This document shows positions 34,121 through 47,306 of a stretch of 64,000 nt of DNA, in pieces. Origin of the DNA: Camelus ferus. Its lineage: Eukaryota. Each line of letters opens with the position of its first letter. Position 1 is the stretch's first letter. Under the pieces are notes generated by a model. The model had not been told where the DNA came from and did not search any database. It saw only the letters and a list, made by a program, of their open reading frames with translations. The translations under genes and the position numbers were made by a program. Where the stretch lies: NCBI RefSeq assembly GCF_009834535.1, contig NC_045696.1, positions 117,864,001-117,928,000 on the forward strand, read 5' to 3'.

Positions 34121-35999
34121 CAAAGAATGTGAGAAACTGACCCGATTCAGTCAGAACTCTAACCTTTGAAATGCACGGCCTCTGCTATCCATTCCTTCTC
34201 GTTGTGTTTTTACACAATCACAAAGAAGATGGAGATATGAGTAGGTGAAGGGAGAGGAGTGAGGAGAAAATTTGGACCAGTTGCAACCATTCATGTCCCA
34301 ACATTCTGGGTAGGCAGACTAGAACATTTAAACCCAAACAAATCTAAAATTACCCTGAATTAGAAAAAAGCTAGGACTCCCAGGGGGTCCTCATGGTTTC
34401 TGATCCAGCCAATGTGAACCTATTTTTTTCTAGACAAGCATAGAAAAGCCATAACTGAGGGGCCGGGTATGAGTGACACTCTTCAGTGGCTCCGTTAAAA
34501 ACAATGAGGTCCCTGCCTGCATCCTCTAGTGGCCACTTGCTTGGGTTGCAAAAGGGTGTACCTAAAAGGAAGTAATCTCTGCCTACTGCTGGCATCCCCA
34601 AGGGCTCGCGGTGTGGTTTCCACAAAAATCCTTTTGTCCTTTTGTCCTGTCAGCCGTGAATGAGGCTGCCTTCTCACAGTAGAAGTTATTTCCAAATAGA
34701 ACATTCTACACCAGTGCTTCTCAATTGGGTGTGCAGCAGTAAAACCTAGAGGGACAGCTTACTAAAAGAATTCAGATGCTGGTGCCACGACTAAGTCAGA
34801 ATTTGTAAGGGAGAAGTAACACAAGGGTCCCAAGTATTATAAACATGTGTACTCCATAAAAGAGAAATTCTATACATTTCTTATTTAACTCCCATTAAAA
34901 AATCAGCCAGTCTGCTTTTAAGTTACTTTACTTGTGGCACCCCTAAAATGACTAATAACAAATTGATACCATAAATGGAGAATTCCAGAATTAAATCTTA
35001 TATAAAACAAATTAAAGCATCACAGGCAGGATGTATGTTATTTACATGTCGCCTGAGGTCATGTACCTGTCACGGACGTGATATCCCTTTATGAATGAAG
35101 ACAAGAAAACCACAAGTAGGTTATGTTCGCTCTTATTAGACTAAATGAAATTAATAGCAGGCTTTAAAAAAAAAATCATATTCTTTTCATTAGAGAGACA
35201 AAGCTTCAGCCCAAAGAAAGAAAAAGGAAAAGGAACGGTACAGCAGCGGCATTAATTCTGATCCCTTAATTTAATTCAGAGATACAGTAATCCAGAGGGG
35301 ACTGTGTTTTAAAAATTAGCTACAAGGTGTGAAGCACACTAATTCCGTTTCATAAAAGTTTTATCTGAATCACAATGAAAAGGAAACCAAAAAAGGAGAG
35401 GAAGGGAATCTTTGCTAACATTAATTCATTAATGATGTGCTGTACTTGAGAGAGAGGAAAAGCAAAAATGAGCAAATGATTATCTCTTGATTCTTCTTGG
35501 TCACGGCATACATGAAAATTCTACCTTTGGGCCTAGTCTACATTATACACCCCAGGTTTCTGAAAGCAAACTAGAAACCGGTAGGCTGTAAACATCAAAT
35601 GACTACAGGTGAATCTATTTTGACGTGTGCTCTTACAACGAAAAATTGGACCATTTTCCCAAAAGACATTCTCTGTATGTAAGACCCCACTAAGCCTCTT
35701 CTGTCCCAATCAGAAGGAAAATCCTAGAGAAGAATGGAGACACTGCCTTCACCCCTCCACGTTATCAGTTAAAGAAAAGTGGCAAAGGTGAATTCAACAC
35801 ATTACAAACATTTATCACCACACACTAGTATCTCTATTCACTCTTCTCTTTGGCCAACTGATCACTGTTTTATCATTCAGCTTATGACTTTATTTATTCA
35901 GCACAAAAGGGACAAGAGAACTAAGGAAGAGTATAGAAAAAATGGGACATTCCTGAAACAAAGAAAAAGACATTTTTGGAGAAATCTAACTAAAACACT

Positions 36000-36195
36000 A
36001 GATCAGCATTTCCCTAAGTGTGTTCCATGAACTGCTTGTCCCATGAGAGGGTCAACTAGTAAGAGGTTCCAAGGCCAAGTGGGTTTGAGAAACCTTGCCT
36101 GCTGTGTCTCCCCACCTCCCTTGGAGACTCACAGTACATATTAGCATTAAAAGACTCTGAGGAGTCTTGTTGAAGACTGATACACCTCGTTCAAG
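36000..36195. mobile_element. hAT-Charlie-type DNA transposon fragment
   Basis: CAGCATTTCCCTAAGTGTGTTCCATG...CATATTAGCATTAAAAGACTCTGAG. Confidence 0.55.
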
Positions 36196-36199
36196 CCAG

Positions 36200-36690
36200 G
36201 TGTGTGTGTATATATATATAAATGGACTACTACTCAGCCATAAAAGGAATGAAATAATGCCATTTGCAGCATCATGGATGGACCTAGAGATGATCATACT
36301 AAATGAAGTATGTCAGACAGAGAGAAATATCACATGATATCACTTCTATGTGGAATCGAAAACAGTTATACAGATGAGCTTATTTACAAACCAGAAACAG
36401 GATCACAGACATAGAAAACAAACTTATGGTTACCAGGGGGAAAGGCAGAGTGGAAGGGGAGGGATAAATCGGGAGTTTGGGATTTGCAGATACTAACTAC
36501 TAGATATAAAATAGATAAACAACAAGGATCTACTGTACAGCACAGGGAACTCTATTCAATATCTTGTAATAACCTATAATGGAAAATAATATGAAAAAGC
36601 ATATATATATATATAACTAAATCACTATGCTGTATACTTGAAATTAACACAACATTGTAAATCAACTAGATTTCAGTAAAAAAAAAACTG
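36200..36690 (+). mobile_element. Cetartiodactyl L1 3' end
   Basis: TACTACTCAGCCATAAAA.GAATGAAATAATGCCATTTGCAGC.CATGGATGGACCTAGAGA through to the poly-A. Confidence 0.95.
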
Positions 36691-36959
36691 AAAAAAGAAG
36701 GTCATAGCTTTGAGTCCCATCAGCTGGAGTCACCTGTTCCTCTCTGCACTGAGCACAGTGTCCAGGGGCTGGGATGTGCTGACTGGCCACCTGTGCTCCC
36801 CTGGAGCTGAGAAGTCAGTCAGCCCCTCCAAAGCCCTGGACAAAGGCAGAAGAGGGAGGTTCTCCAAAGGAAAGGAGGCAAGTGGGTGCTGAATTGGTGG
36901 ATGTAACAGAGGTCCACAGCCAAGGCCAATGCAGTCATTTTAAAATTTGATTAAGTAAA

Positions 36960-37650
36960 GCACTTGGACTTTGATATTGGCTGTCAAGATGCAGATCAAA
37001 GCAGTGTGGAATCACAAAGAGGAGACGGCAATTTGCTCTTCTTGGAAGGGGGCAGGACTTAGAAAGTTAAAAGCTAGCGTGTCTCGTCCACTTCCCCATC
37101 CCCCTTTGGCAGGGTCTGTGGAAGCGGTGTGTTGAAATTGTGCAGCCTGAAGATGGAATCCTTGGGTCCCTGCCTGGAAGAGAGCCACCCAGGAAAGATG
37201 CCCAACCCACAGTGGCCTTGTGAGGGTTAGAAAACCTCTGCTGTGGTCAACCACTGAGATTTAGGGTTAAGGTCACACCACCACACGGGCTCTGCTTTGT
37301 GTTTCTGGACTCCTGTCATGTGCATAGTGAACTTCATAAACTTCATACACTGCATCTCAGCAGCTCTGCTCTGCTCTAGGTGTCTTTCTTTCTCCTTGGA
37401 CCCCCGAGTGAGCTATCCAGGTCATGTTCTTGTGGTGATGGGAGAGGCACACGAAAGCAAATGAAAACAGATAAGGCCCTCCCAGGCGTAGGCTCAGAGT
37501 TGATACACCACACTTCCTGCCCTGGTGCCACTGGCCACACCCAAACTCAAGGGCGAGATGAACACACTCCACCCGTGACTCAGCCATGGAGATGGTGTGG
37601 ATCTCGGGAATGCCAAGATTTGGGACCAGTAATTCCACCTACCCCTTAGG
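36960..37650. mobile_element. MLT1 MaLR fragments (plus ~36960-37280; minus MLT1H-like ~37300-37650)
   Basis: AAACCTCTGCTGTGGTCAACCACTGAGATTTAGGGTT; GTTCTTGTGGTGATGGGAGAGGCACACGA..GGCGTAGGCTCAGAGTTG. Confidence 0.6.
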
Positions 37651-38854
37651 TATCTGTCATCATGGAGACTCATGAAAGCCTCAGAAGACATCTGTAGGGA
37701 ACACCAAGTTTCTCCGGGACTATGAAACCAAAGATAATTACCCCCAACCTTCAGAATTTTCCTCATTTGGGAAACTCAAAGGCCACAAGTGTCTTTCTCC
37801 ATCTCTCCAGCTCTCTCTGCCTACGGATATCCCTCCTCCACACCGTGGACACCAGGAGTAGTTCGGCATCTACAGATCGGAAGCCTGTGTCTTTCTCTAC
37901 TCTGGTGACCAGCAAGGCGATGTAAACAGGCCATACGGAAAGCTGCTTTTTCATTTGCACTACTTAGTTCATTTTGTATTTACAAGATATACAACGCGGG
38001 GAAAGCTATAAATAAGAGGCCAGAAACAGCTTGAGGGGCTGGTGATGGAGTCACAAATCACCAGAGTTCCATCTTCATCTCTACGCTGATGTAAAACCTT
38101 TATAATTGCCAAAATATATTTCTCTCTGCTCCAGCTACACAGTTTGTACTTCAGAGGCTAAACCTAAGTGTCCTCCACTTTCCTGAAACGTCCACGGAGT
38201 TTCATCCCGACTAGCCCAAATCTGGCTGGAGTGGATCCCCTATTTGTTTTCCTGTCCATGGCAACGTCAGCCCTGCCAGGGCCTCTGTTTTGTGTCTCCA
38301 CGTGCCCCTTTTCTGCTCTCATCTTTCTAGAAGATTCCCAAGTGAGGCAGAGCACAGTGTGAGGGTTTAGACCACTGGTCTACTTCTCCTGGTACAAATT
38401 GTCACCAACTGCTTCCCGCCATGACTTACAGTGTCAATTGCGAAGATACAGGCAAATCAAGTCTTGCCTCCAAAATACCTCATTTAAAATGCACCTAAGG
38501 TTGTCTGCAACGAATTTATTTAACCTCCTGTCAGGAAAAAAAAAAAAATTTGTTTTCAGATCATTGAGCTGCTGCTGTGGGTTTGAGAGGATGAGCAACA
38601 CAGTTTGTTGGAAGAGAGGCCTGGATGCCCAAAGATGTGGCTCAGTCCAAGTAGACAGATCTCAATAGACATCATGTGGACGTGGATCCTCGGTGGGGCC
38701 CGTGGAGGAGGGAGGATGGACCAGGACAAGGAGGAACAACAAAGAAAAACAAAACCTGCTGGAGACAGAGACGGGCTTTGTTTCTTTGCCTTGTTGCTTA
38801 CGCCTCATCCTGAAACCTGGATTCACACTAGTACCCAACACCAGCCGAGCAGCT

Positions 38855-39030
38855 GCTCTAAGCCAGACACTGTGCTAAGTGTGTTCCCTGCCCCCATCTA
38901 GTATTAACCCATTTCCAGATCAGGAAACTGAGGCTGGAGAGAGGGTGACTGACTTGTCTAAGGTCACACAGCCAGAAAGCTGGACGGGCTGGGAGACAGA
39001 GATGTGCCCAGGACTGGACCAAAGCAGACC
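38855..39030 (-). mobile_element. MIR SINE
   Basis: CCCATTTCCAGATCAGGAAACTGAGGCTGGAGAGAGGGTGACTGACTTGTCTAAGGTCACACAGC. Confidence 0.85.
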
Positions 39031-39794
39031 GCCGGCCACTTACCGCGAGAAGGTAATCACTGTACTGCGTTTCCCTTTAAAGAAGTGGACTGACCTGGCT
39101 ATTGGGGTGACAAGAAAGAGGACACAAGAGAGAAAGCAAATGATAACAACAACAGCAAAAGAAATAGCAAACAAAGAATGAGAGAGAAAGGACCCTGGCC
39201 TTGGGGCCCGGGCTCAGCGTTGTAGTCCTGGCTCCTGCCGTTTAATTATTTGAAAGACCAGGCACAGATTCTCTGGGTCCCGATGTCCTGCCCCCAGAGC
39301 TTGCCAACAGTGCAGTGAGATGCGGAGTGAGAATTTTTCTGTTGCCGAGAATTGATACGGGCCACAAAGTAGTGGATACAGAGGGGTCAAGTACCCTCCA
39401 TTCTAAAGACAGCCATAAATGACTGGGGCTAGATATTCCCACCAGGAATGACGGAGAGACAGGCAAACAGTCTTTGCTACCTCCAACCATCATCTGTAAA
39501 ATAGTGTCAGAGTGCCACCCTGTTGCCTTGTCATTCACCATCTCCACCCAGTCCTTCAGCTTTCTAGAAACAGAACCCACGCCTCTTTGCCTGAGAGCCC
39601 TCTCCTCCACATTCTGTCCTGGAAGGACAGAGAGCTGCCATTGCTTCCAGAGCAGCCTCTAGCTAAGGATGGAAAGGAATTGATAGGAAAAAAAACCAGT
39701 GCACTGGTCCTCAGGAAACACCTCCATGAAGTTTCATCTGCTTTTCTCTCATTTAGAAGTGTCACCTTATAGGCTTAGAAAAGTCCTTAAATTC

Positions 39795-40415
39795 ATCATA
39801 ATAGGATTGGCTAAGCTGTTGTAATAAGTAACCCTGAATCTGAATAACTTGCCACAATAGAGATGTTGTCACTCATGTAAACATCAGGATGGGATGGACA
39901 TCTTTACCGGGTGGCTCTGTCCACACGGTCCCCCAAAGATTCCATCCTGAGGCCCCACAGTTTCAACACAGAGTATTTTCACAGACGCTACCTAAGCGGA
40001 AGGGGAAAGGGAAAGCAGTGAGACACACTGACTTTTAACAATCTTTGCCTAGAAGCTGTGACTCCATTCAAAGCCCGTTGGCCAGAACATGTCACGTGGC
40101 TCCAACCTAACCGCCCACTCCTATTCCTCCTTCGAGCCCCTATTCAAAGAGCACCTCCACCCTGAAGACCTGCAGGACTCCTCCTGCCTTCTTCCAAGAA
40201 CAGAGAGCTCCATCCTCCTTTCTGTTTCCCACAGCCCTCGGGTATATGTCTCTAATTTATGCTTCTCTGTTTGCTTCGTATTTTCGCTCTCCCATTATTC
40301 TGAGAGCCCCACAAAAGAAAAACAAATGCTTGTTTCTTTTCTTATCCCTATCCCTGTGCCAGGGAAGTAGCTAGGGTTTCATAAATGTTTAGTGAATGAA
40401 TGAATGAATGAATGA
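39795..40415. mobile_element. MLT1J-like LTR (minus, to ~40110) followed by an L2 3' end (plus)
   Basis: GGCTAAGCTGTTGTAATAAG...TTGGCCAGAACATGTCACGTGGCTCCAACCTAAC; L2 tail ATAAATGTTTAGTGAATGAATGAATGAATG. Confidence 0.7.
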
Positions 40416-41739
40416 TGGCTTCCTAAACCGCTATGACCTTGCACGCTTCCTGTGGAGTCTAATCACAGGGTATGCAATCAGATCTCCGAGAAGACATCCT
40501 TGACTCTTCTGATGTGGAAATGCTCCTGGACTCTGATTCTTCTCTGGGACTGGCAAGGAATCACAGTCAGGAAATAGCAGATAGCAGTAAAACCCAGGAT
40601 CAGGAGCCTTGAATTAAGACAGTAGGACTCAGATGCCAAGCATAGTCGCGAATAAAAGCTGGACCTCCAGTCATGAACACGGTCTCCAGCAAGGCTGTGC
40701 TCCCCACCCTCCAGCCCCCACCAATGCATGGAGCACCCTGCTCAAAGCCCCTAGGACACCTGACATTTCCAAGACCACAGTCCAAACCCCCTCAAGAGAT
40801 GAGCTGAGCCAAGCTGATCTCCAACTGGCAGGAACGAAGGAAGGAACTAGAGAGTTCTCAGCTGAGGAGCTCGGAGAAAAGCAAAACTTTAAAGCTTCCG
40901 AAAATTCATCACTCCTGCCATATGCTGTGACTTTTCCATTCATACCAGAAATTGTGGGAATTTCAGCTTCCAAATATAACACTGGGAAGTGAACTAAGAG
41001 TTTATAAATAAGTCCTGACTCAGAGCAGGGCCCTTGTTAATGTTCTTCAAGTCTTGTGGAAACTGATGCCCCAACCAAGGTCCTTACTCTTTGGGACAGT
41101 CCCCGCCACGTGGGAGGTCCTCACTGCCCTTCTGCGACCTTGTTACTGCCATCCTTGCCACCTGTCTGATATCAGACCTCATACTCTCCAGGACCCTCTC
41201 AGCTTGTGCCAAAAATCAAACTTGACTGTGCCAAGACAAGATCTGGGAGAGGGGCATGGAGGATGGGGTTGTGGGAAGTTTCATGGAAAATGGAAGCAGG
41301 GTAAGCTTTGTGCTTTGGCCATCCCTTGTGTATGTGGGGCCTCTGACTACACAGGCAATTTGAGTCCCCCAGAATTAGAGTGCCAGCACCATTCTGGCAG
41401 CCTGGCCCCCCTGATCCTGCAGAAGACATGCTGTACTTTCCAATGTGAGCAATATTCTTGCCAGGCTGCCCTCCTGGAAACTGGCCCCTAGGAAGACCAT
41501 TCAGCCAAATCCTAGAGCACAGGGCATCTGGTCGACCCCCTAAGTGTCAAAGACAGCCCTGGGCACCAAGCTCTGCTCCAGACCCAGAGCATCCAGCTGA
41601 GATGGTTACATAATTGGAGAACATTTGAGGCATAGAAAAGTGTAAAGAACATAATAAACATCACCGGCAGTATTTCCACTCAGGATTACTCACTGTTGAG
41701 ATTTAACTCTACTTAAAACTGGAATTTTTTTCCCCCCTT

Positions 41740-41915
41740 TGGCTACGTAATTTGCAGAGCCCCTTGCAAAATGAAAGCTGGGACACACCCCTCCACCATT
41801 TAAAAATTGTTTAGACTTTCAAGGCAGTGACAGCAAAGTATTCACCAGAAGGGTCCTTCTAAACATGGGTCTCTGTGTGACTGCACAGGTCACACCAGTG
41901 AAACCAGCCCTCCCT
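41740..41915. mobile_element. MER91-like hAT-Tip100 element
   Basis: GCAAAATGAAA...CTTCTAAACATGGG..CTGTGTGACTGCACAGGTCACAC..TGAAACCAGCCCT. Confidence 0.65.
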
Positions 41916-42142
41916 GCTGGCCTGGGATGGTCCCAGGCACCAAAAGAGGATATTTTGAGGATCCTCCAAAGTGTGGGCTCCCGTCAAACAGGGGGCCAAG
42001 GTCGGGGGTCATGTTTGCCTGGGCCTAAGTGCAATACTGTCCCAAGAAGTGAGGTATGAGTGAGGAGTTTGGATTCCAAAGCACACCTGGGTTCCACACA
42101 TTTTCCCTTTACTTTGTCTCTTTGCAAGAGTCATCACTCTGT

Positions 42143-42352
42143 ACCACGTGTTGGCAAACTCCAGCCCATGGATGGAATCTGGCCAGCCTGGTTTCGCAAG
42201 ACCAAGGCTTATCAGAACACAGACACACCCATTAAGAACAGGCTACATTGCTTTCACACTACAAATGGCAGAAGCGAGGAGTTGTGACAAAGCGCCCACA
42301 AAGCCTAAAATGCTTGCTTCCTGGCCCTTTACAGAAAGTTTACTGACCCCTG
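42143..42352. mobile_element. MER58A hAT-Charlie element
   Basis: GTTGGCAAACT...AAAGCCTAAAAT..CTGGCCCTTTACAGAAAGTTTACTGACCCCTG. Confidence 0.85.
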
Positions 42353-42676
42353 CTCTCCAGTCCCGAATATGAAATATAGAAGTATCAATGGAAGAGAAAA
42401 TATTTCATCCATCAGGTTAACCGTGTTGGGGAAATCTGGAGTCTGCAAACCTGAGTTAAAGGTAGATTCACTGGTTCCGTGGCCAGATTTTCCCATCTGT
42501 AAAATGGGATTAATAAGACACACTTCACAGAATTATAAGATGCTCCATTGTGAAAATTAGTTTTTAAAACCTGCTTTGTAATTCATAAATATAAAAGAAA
42601 TGTCAGATATTGCTGGTAATGGCTCACACATGGCTCAAAATTTGTAAATAGACACTACAGAAGCCTCAGTATTGCT

Positions 42677-42756
42677 GATATACATATATATCACATCACA
42701 TATACACACATACATACATAAATACATACATATATAAATGTGTGTATATATGTGTG

Positions 42757-42823
<67 letters not shown>
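42677..42823. repeat. (TA)n microsatellite with flanking CA/TG-degenerate tract
   Basis: Pure TA run at ~42770-42823. Confidence 0.95.
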
Positions 42824-42826
<3 letters not shown>

Positions 42827-42939
42827 CACCACCATATTCTTGGACAGGAAGGGGCTGAACAAAGAGTCCTATAAAGGTTCTTAAAAAGACAATCTCACTA
42901 CTAGAATTATCAGCATACCACTTTTTCTCTTAAAAGTTC

Positions 42940-43750
42940 CCAAAAAGAGTTTAGTTTGGAACTTTCCTGCGTCAACACTTTTCATTTCCACGAAGCCCAT
43001 CAACTACAACTTCCATCCACAAACAGGAATTCCCTCAGGCTGGGGAGTACGTATGAGGAGACCATACAATAACTGTAAAGCAATGTTTAGTTATAAGCGA
43101 TGAAAATAAGGCCATCATGATGACTTAACCACGAGAAGACTAAAGCATTTTAGTCATTCAATGAATTAGAGAGTGTTCATATAGTTCTTTTCTTTTTAAC
43201 TTTCAGAGCTTAAACTGTTATTGTGAGAGATAAACAATCCTCCAATGGCATCTGAAGGCAAGTTCATAAGTGCTTTTAGGACTGCTAGAATATAGCTCAG
43301 CATAACCACCATCCATCATGACATGAGACTCTTGAAGACTTACTTAGAAGACTCCCTTAAATTCCATCATGAAATACAGTTCTGTTGCATCAACAAAGTC
43401 TTTAATATGCCCTATAAAATATGACAGATCAGGTGAACACGTGGCGAAGCAATTGATCCACCTTTCACTAAATGACATTTAAGGGCTTATTTATTAAAGT
43501 TTCAGGATGGCTAGCATAGGTAATTATACACTTCCACATGACCATCCATCTTCCCTGTTGCCCATTTGCTTCTGAAAGACACAACAGTCTCCTTGTCAGT
43601 TTGTCATTGATGAAATCCATTCTGGTAAACTTCATCCAAGTAGAGGCTGAAATATGTATTGCACTATTCTGGTTGAAAGTACAAAATTTTTATCTCACAA
43701 CTGATATAGACTTCAGTTTGCTAGCCATCTCGAAGTTCTCACTGCAGTTA
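42940..43750 (-). mobile_element. CR1/L3 RT-domain relic
   Basis: Minus-strand LYLD, then KDFVDATELYFMM (core 43377-43403, cf. KFADDTKLFRMV), LQE..MMDG (cf. LQKDL.KL.DW), LLYGLLIR.P (43049-43072, cf. PLYKSLVRP). Confidence 0.72.
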
Positions 43751-45377
43751 TAATTGCCCTATTGTGTTTATAGGGCTTGGAAAAAAGAATAAATTGTGTA
43801 TTGTGGGGTTTTCCTGAACTACTGTAATTAACTTGCTTTTAAATAGTATTCAGAGGGTATCTAGCATACCTTTGACCTAATGCATTAAAGATAAAAAATA
43901 TACAATAAATTTATGAAGACCTATATTTGCAATTACCAACGTTGGTTCACAATTCTTTCTTATCTCAAAATTACCTCTTCTCAGGGTGTTGTCTCAAATG
44001 CAGGAGAAGAGGGAAGAATCATACAAAAAACCCTCAAAATCATCTTTTAGTGCAATGAATTGGTGGTCCCCAAACATGGCTGCCCCTCAGAATCATCTGA
44101 GAACCATTAAATCTTCAGATTCCTAAGTTCACTCAAACCAACCAAATCAAGATCTCTGAAGGGTTAGATCCCAGTCACTTTTGTTGTTAACAAAACACTC
44201 AGATGAGTCTTTTACAGCCAGTTCAACACCAGACTGAAAACTGCTCATGGTGGGGGTGGCGGGGGCCGGGGGGGTGGCTACTGGTTCAAACAATGCCACA
44301 TGGCCTGTCCTCACTCCAATAGACTGAGCTTGTGCTGTTGATAAAAGAGCATGAATCGTTCATGGAAAAGACAAAGGTCATAAATTAAATTAAAAATTAA
44401 TACAGGAGACCTCTATGGATAAGAATATATTATCATATTAAAGTGCATAAAAAAATCAAAGTAAAGCAAGAGACAGTTCATGCTCTTGAACAGGATGTTT
44501 ACTTCGCAAAGATGTCAATTCTTCTCAAATGCAATTCTAACTACTGTTCTAAAATGTATATAAAAGATGCTCATGAATAGCTAAGTCAATTTTGAAATTA
44601 AATAGAAATATGAGGAGGGCGTTGACCCTACTAAACATTAAGATATGTGATAAAAACATAGTAATTGAAAGCAATACAGTGCTCATACAAGAAGAAACAA
44701 GGAGGCCTATGGGAGAGAAAGGACAGTTCACAGTTAGACCTATATATAAATGGAAATGTATTTGTGCAACCCAAAGCCATGGGGAAAAGTCAGCCTAATG
44801 TAACAGATGAAGTTGGGAAGTTGGTTCACTACATGCAGAAAAATAAAACTGGATCCCTCCCTAACACCACATGCAAGGCAGACATCAGGTAGACTAAAGG
44901 GAGAAGGAGTACTTTTAATAATGTCAGAGGACATCTTTAAGAACTAACGGTGAGGCAAGACCTCTTAAACAAAACCCCCAAAGCACAAACTATCAGGATA
45001 AAATTAATTAAATTCCATCAAAATTAAGGGTATCAGTGTCAGGAAGGAAGTGGTGGACAAAGTTAACAGACACTTGTCACTGGGAGAAGATAGATGCCAA
45101 GTCTAAAATTGTCAAGGAACTAGTATGTAGAGCGTGCATTTTTTAAAAAAGTAAAAGAGAAAAAGAGAAATAAAACAACAAAAAAACAAGAAAACTTTAT
45201 GAACCTCAGTAGAAAAAAACGGGCAAAAGGTATGAATAGGCAATTACTAAAAAGGCAAACACAGAGTCTGGTCAAAACATAAAAATCACACAAACTAATT
45301 AACAATTAGGGAAAGGCAAATTATAGCTATGAGATGTCACTTTATACCATCTGATTGGTAAAAATTAAACATCAGGA

Positions 45378-46208
45378 GGGAATGTAAATTGGTGCAGGCA
45401 CTATGGAGAACAGTGTGCAGGTCCCTTAAAAAACTAAAAATAGAGTTACCATATGATCCAGCAATCCCATTCCCGGGCATATATACTGAAAAGATAAAAA
45501 CTCTCATTTGAAAAGATATTCATAGCAGCACTATTTACAATAGCCAAAACAAGGATGCAACCTAAATGTGCATTGACAGATGACTGGATAAAGAAGATGT
45601 GAGATAGATATAGATATAGATATAGATATAGATATAGATATAGATATAGATATATGTGTGTGTGTATACACATATACATACATATATAATGGAATATTAC
45701 TTGGCCATAAAGATGAAATAATACCATTTTTAGCAACATGGATGTACCTAGAGATGACCATAGAAAGTGAAGTAAGCCAGACAGAGACAAATATTATATG
45801 ATATCATTTATATGAGGAATCTAAAAAAATGATACAATGGACTTATTTGTAAGACAGAAACAGATTCACAGGCATAGAAAGCAAACTTATGGTGACCAAA
45901 GGGGAAAGAATAAGGAAGGGGAGGGATAAATTGGGAGTTTGGGATTAGCAGATACACACTATTATATATAAAAGAAATAAACAACAAGGTCCTACTGTAG
46001 AGCACAGGGAACTATATTCAATAGCTTAAAATAACCTATAAGGGAAAAGAATCTGAAAAATAATATATATATATATATACACACACATATATATAGTATA
46101 TAGTAGTGTATGTGTGTGTGTATATATATATATAAAAATAACTGAATCACTTGCTATACACTTGAAATTAACACCACATTGTAAAGCAACTATACTTCAA
46201 TTAAAAAA
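45378..46208 (+). mobile_element. Younger cetartiodactyl L1 3' end with internal (TAGATA)n
   Basis: L1 3' consensus motifs; near-perfect 17-bp TSD AAAATTAAA(C/G)A(T/C)CAGGA (45361-45377 / 46209-46225). Confidence 0.93.
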
Positions 46209-46577
46209 AAAATTAAAGACCAGGATAAAGACAAATGTGAGCAATGTGGCATTCCCATGCAGACTGCTCAGCCCCACTGGAGAGCCACACAGCTATGAAG
46301 TCAAATGGAATTTATTCATACCCTGTGACTTGGCATTGCAGCTCCTGGGAATGTGCCAGAGAAATTCCCGCACAGGTCAATAAGGGTGCGTGCATGAAAA
46401 TATTCATGACAGCATTGCTTATAGTGGTGGGAAACTGGAAGCCATCCTGGTGTCCAACATCAGGAGATGCATTTGTTCAATGTGAAATATTACGCGGCAG
46501 TTAGAATGAACAGGCGGATGTATGCAAAGCCACATGGAAAGATTAAAAACAGTTTAAAAAAAGTAAAAAAATAAGAG

Positions 46578-46765
46578 GAAGGGGGATGGTATAGCTCAGT
46601 GGTAGAGAGGTCCTGGGTTCAATCTCCAGTACTTCCATTTAAAAAATAAAATAAAATAAAACATTGGGGGTGGGGGTCTAGCTCAGTGGTAGAGTGCATT
46701 CTTAGCATACACGAAGTCCTGGGTTCAATCCCCAATGCCTCCATTAAATAAATAAACTTAAAAAC
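46578..46765 (+). mobile_element. Two tandem Vic-1-type SINEs (first internally deleted)
   Basis: TATAGCTCAGTGGTAGAG-AGGTCCTGGGTTCAAT and CTAGCTCAGTGGTAGAGTGCATTCTTAGCATACACGAAGTCCTGGGTTCAATCCCC. Confidence 0.9.
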
Positions 46766-47268
46766 AGTAAAAGAGAATGAGATCTATAACACAGTACTAT
46801 TGGTGGAAATTAAAATCCCATGTTCAAAAATGCCAACACACACTGTGTAAGAACATATACAAAGAAAAGGATACACATCAATCATTTAAAAATGGTTGGC
46901 TATGGGTGGGTGAGGGACGGGAGTTGGTGGGGGCAGGGGAATAGGGATAAAAAGGAAGGGAGGGAGGGAGGGAGGAAAGGGAAAGGGAGGAAGGGGAGGG
47001 CGGTGGGGAGGAGCGGAGCTGGGCGAACAGCGAGGGAAGGAAAGTCGGGTCAAGGCGTTTGCTCCACCACTGACGACGGTGACGGCGGTGGGCTGAGAAA
47101 GGACCACGATTACATGACTTCTCTGAGTCTGCGGGCCAGAGAGAGAGGGAGAAAATAATCAATCCTGAGCACTTGTCTCTTTGCATCTGAATTGCTGTTC
47201 AGCCTAAGCTACTTCAAATAGATGTACATGTTAGTTTTTAGCAGGTACCAAAGGCGTGTTAGCCACCT

Positions 47269-47306
47269 AGACCTGTAACCCCCTTCAGACCTGTAACCCC
47301 CTTCAG
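47269..47306. repeat. Perfect 18-bp tandem duplication
   Basis: AGACCTGTAACCCCCTTC twice (47269-47286, 47287-47304). Confidence 0.95.

Larger units (their letters stand above)
44380..46900 (+). mobile_element. Old L1M ORF2/3' UTR fragment with nested younger L1 and SINEs
   Basis: AAAGATGTCAATTCTTCTCAAAT..., AAAATAAAACTGGATCCCTCCCTAACACCA, AAATGGGCAAA-like L1 ORF2 segments. Confidence 0.85.
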
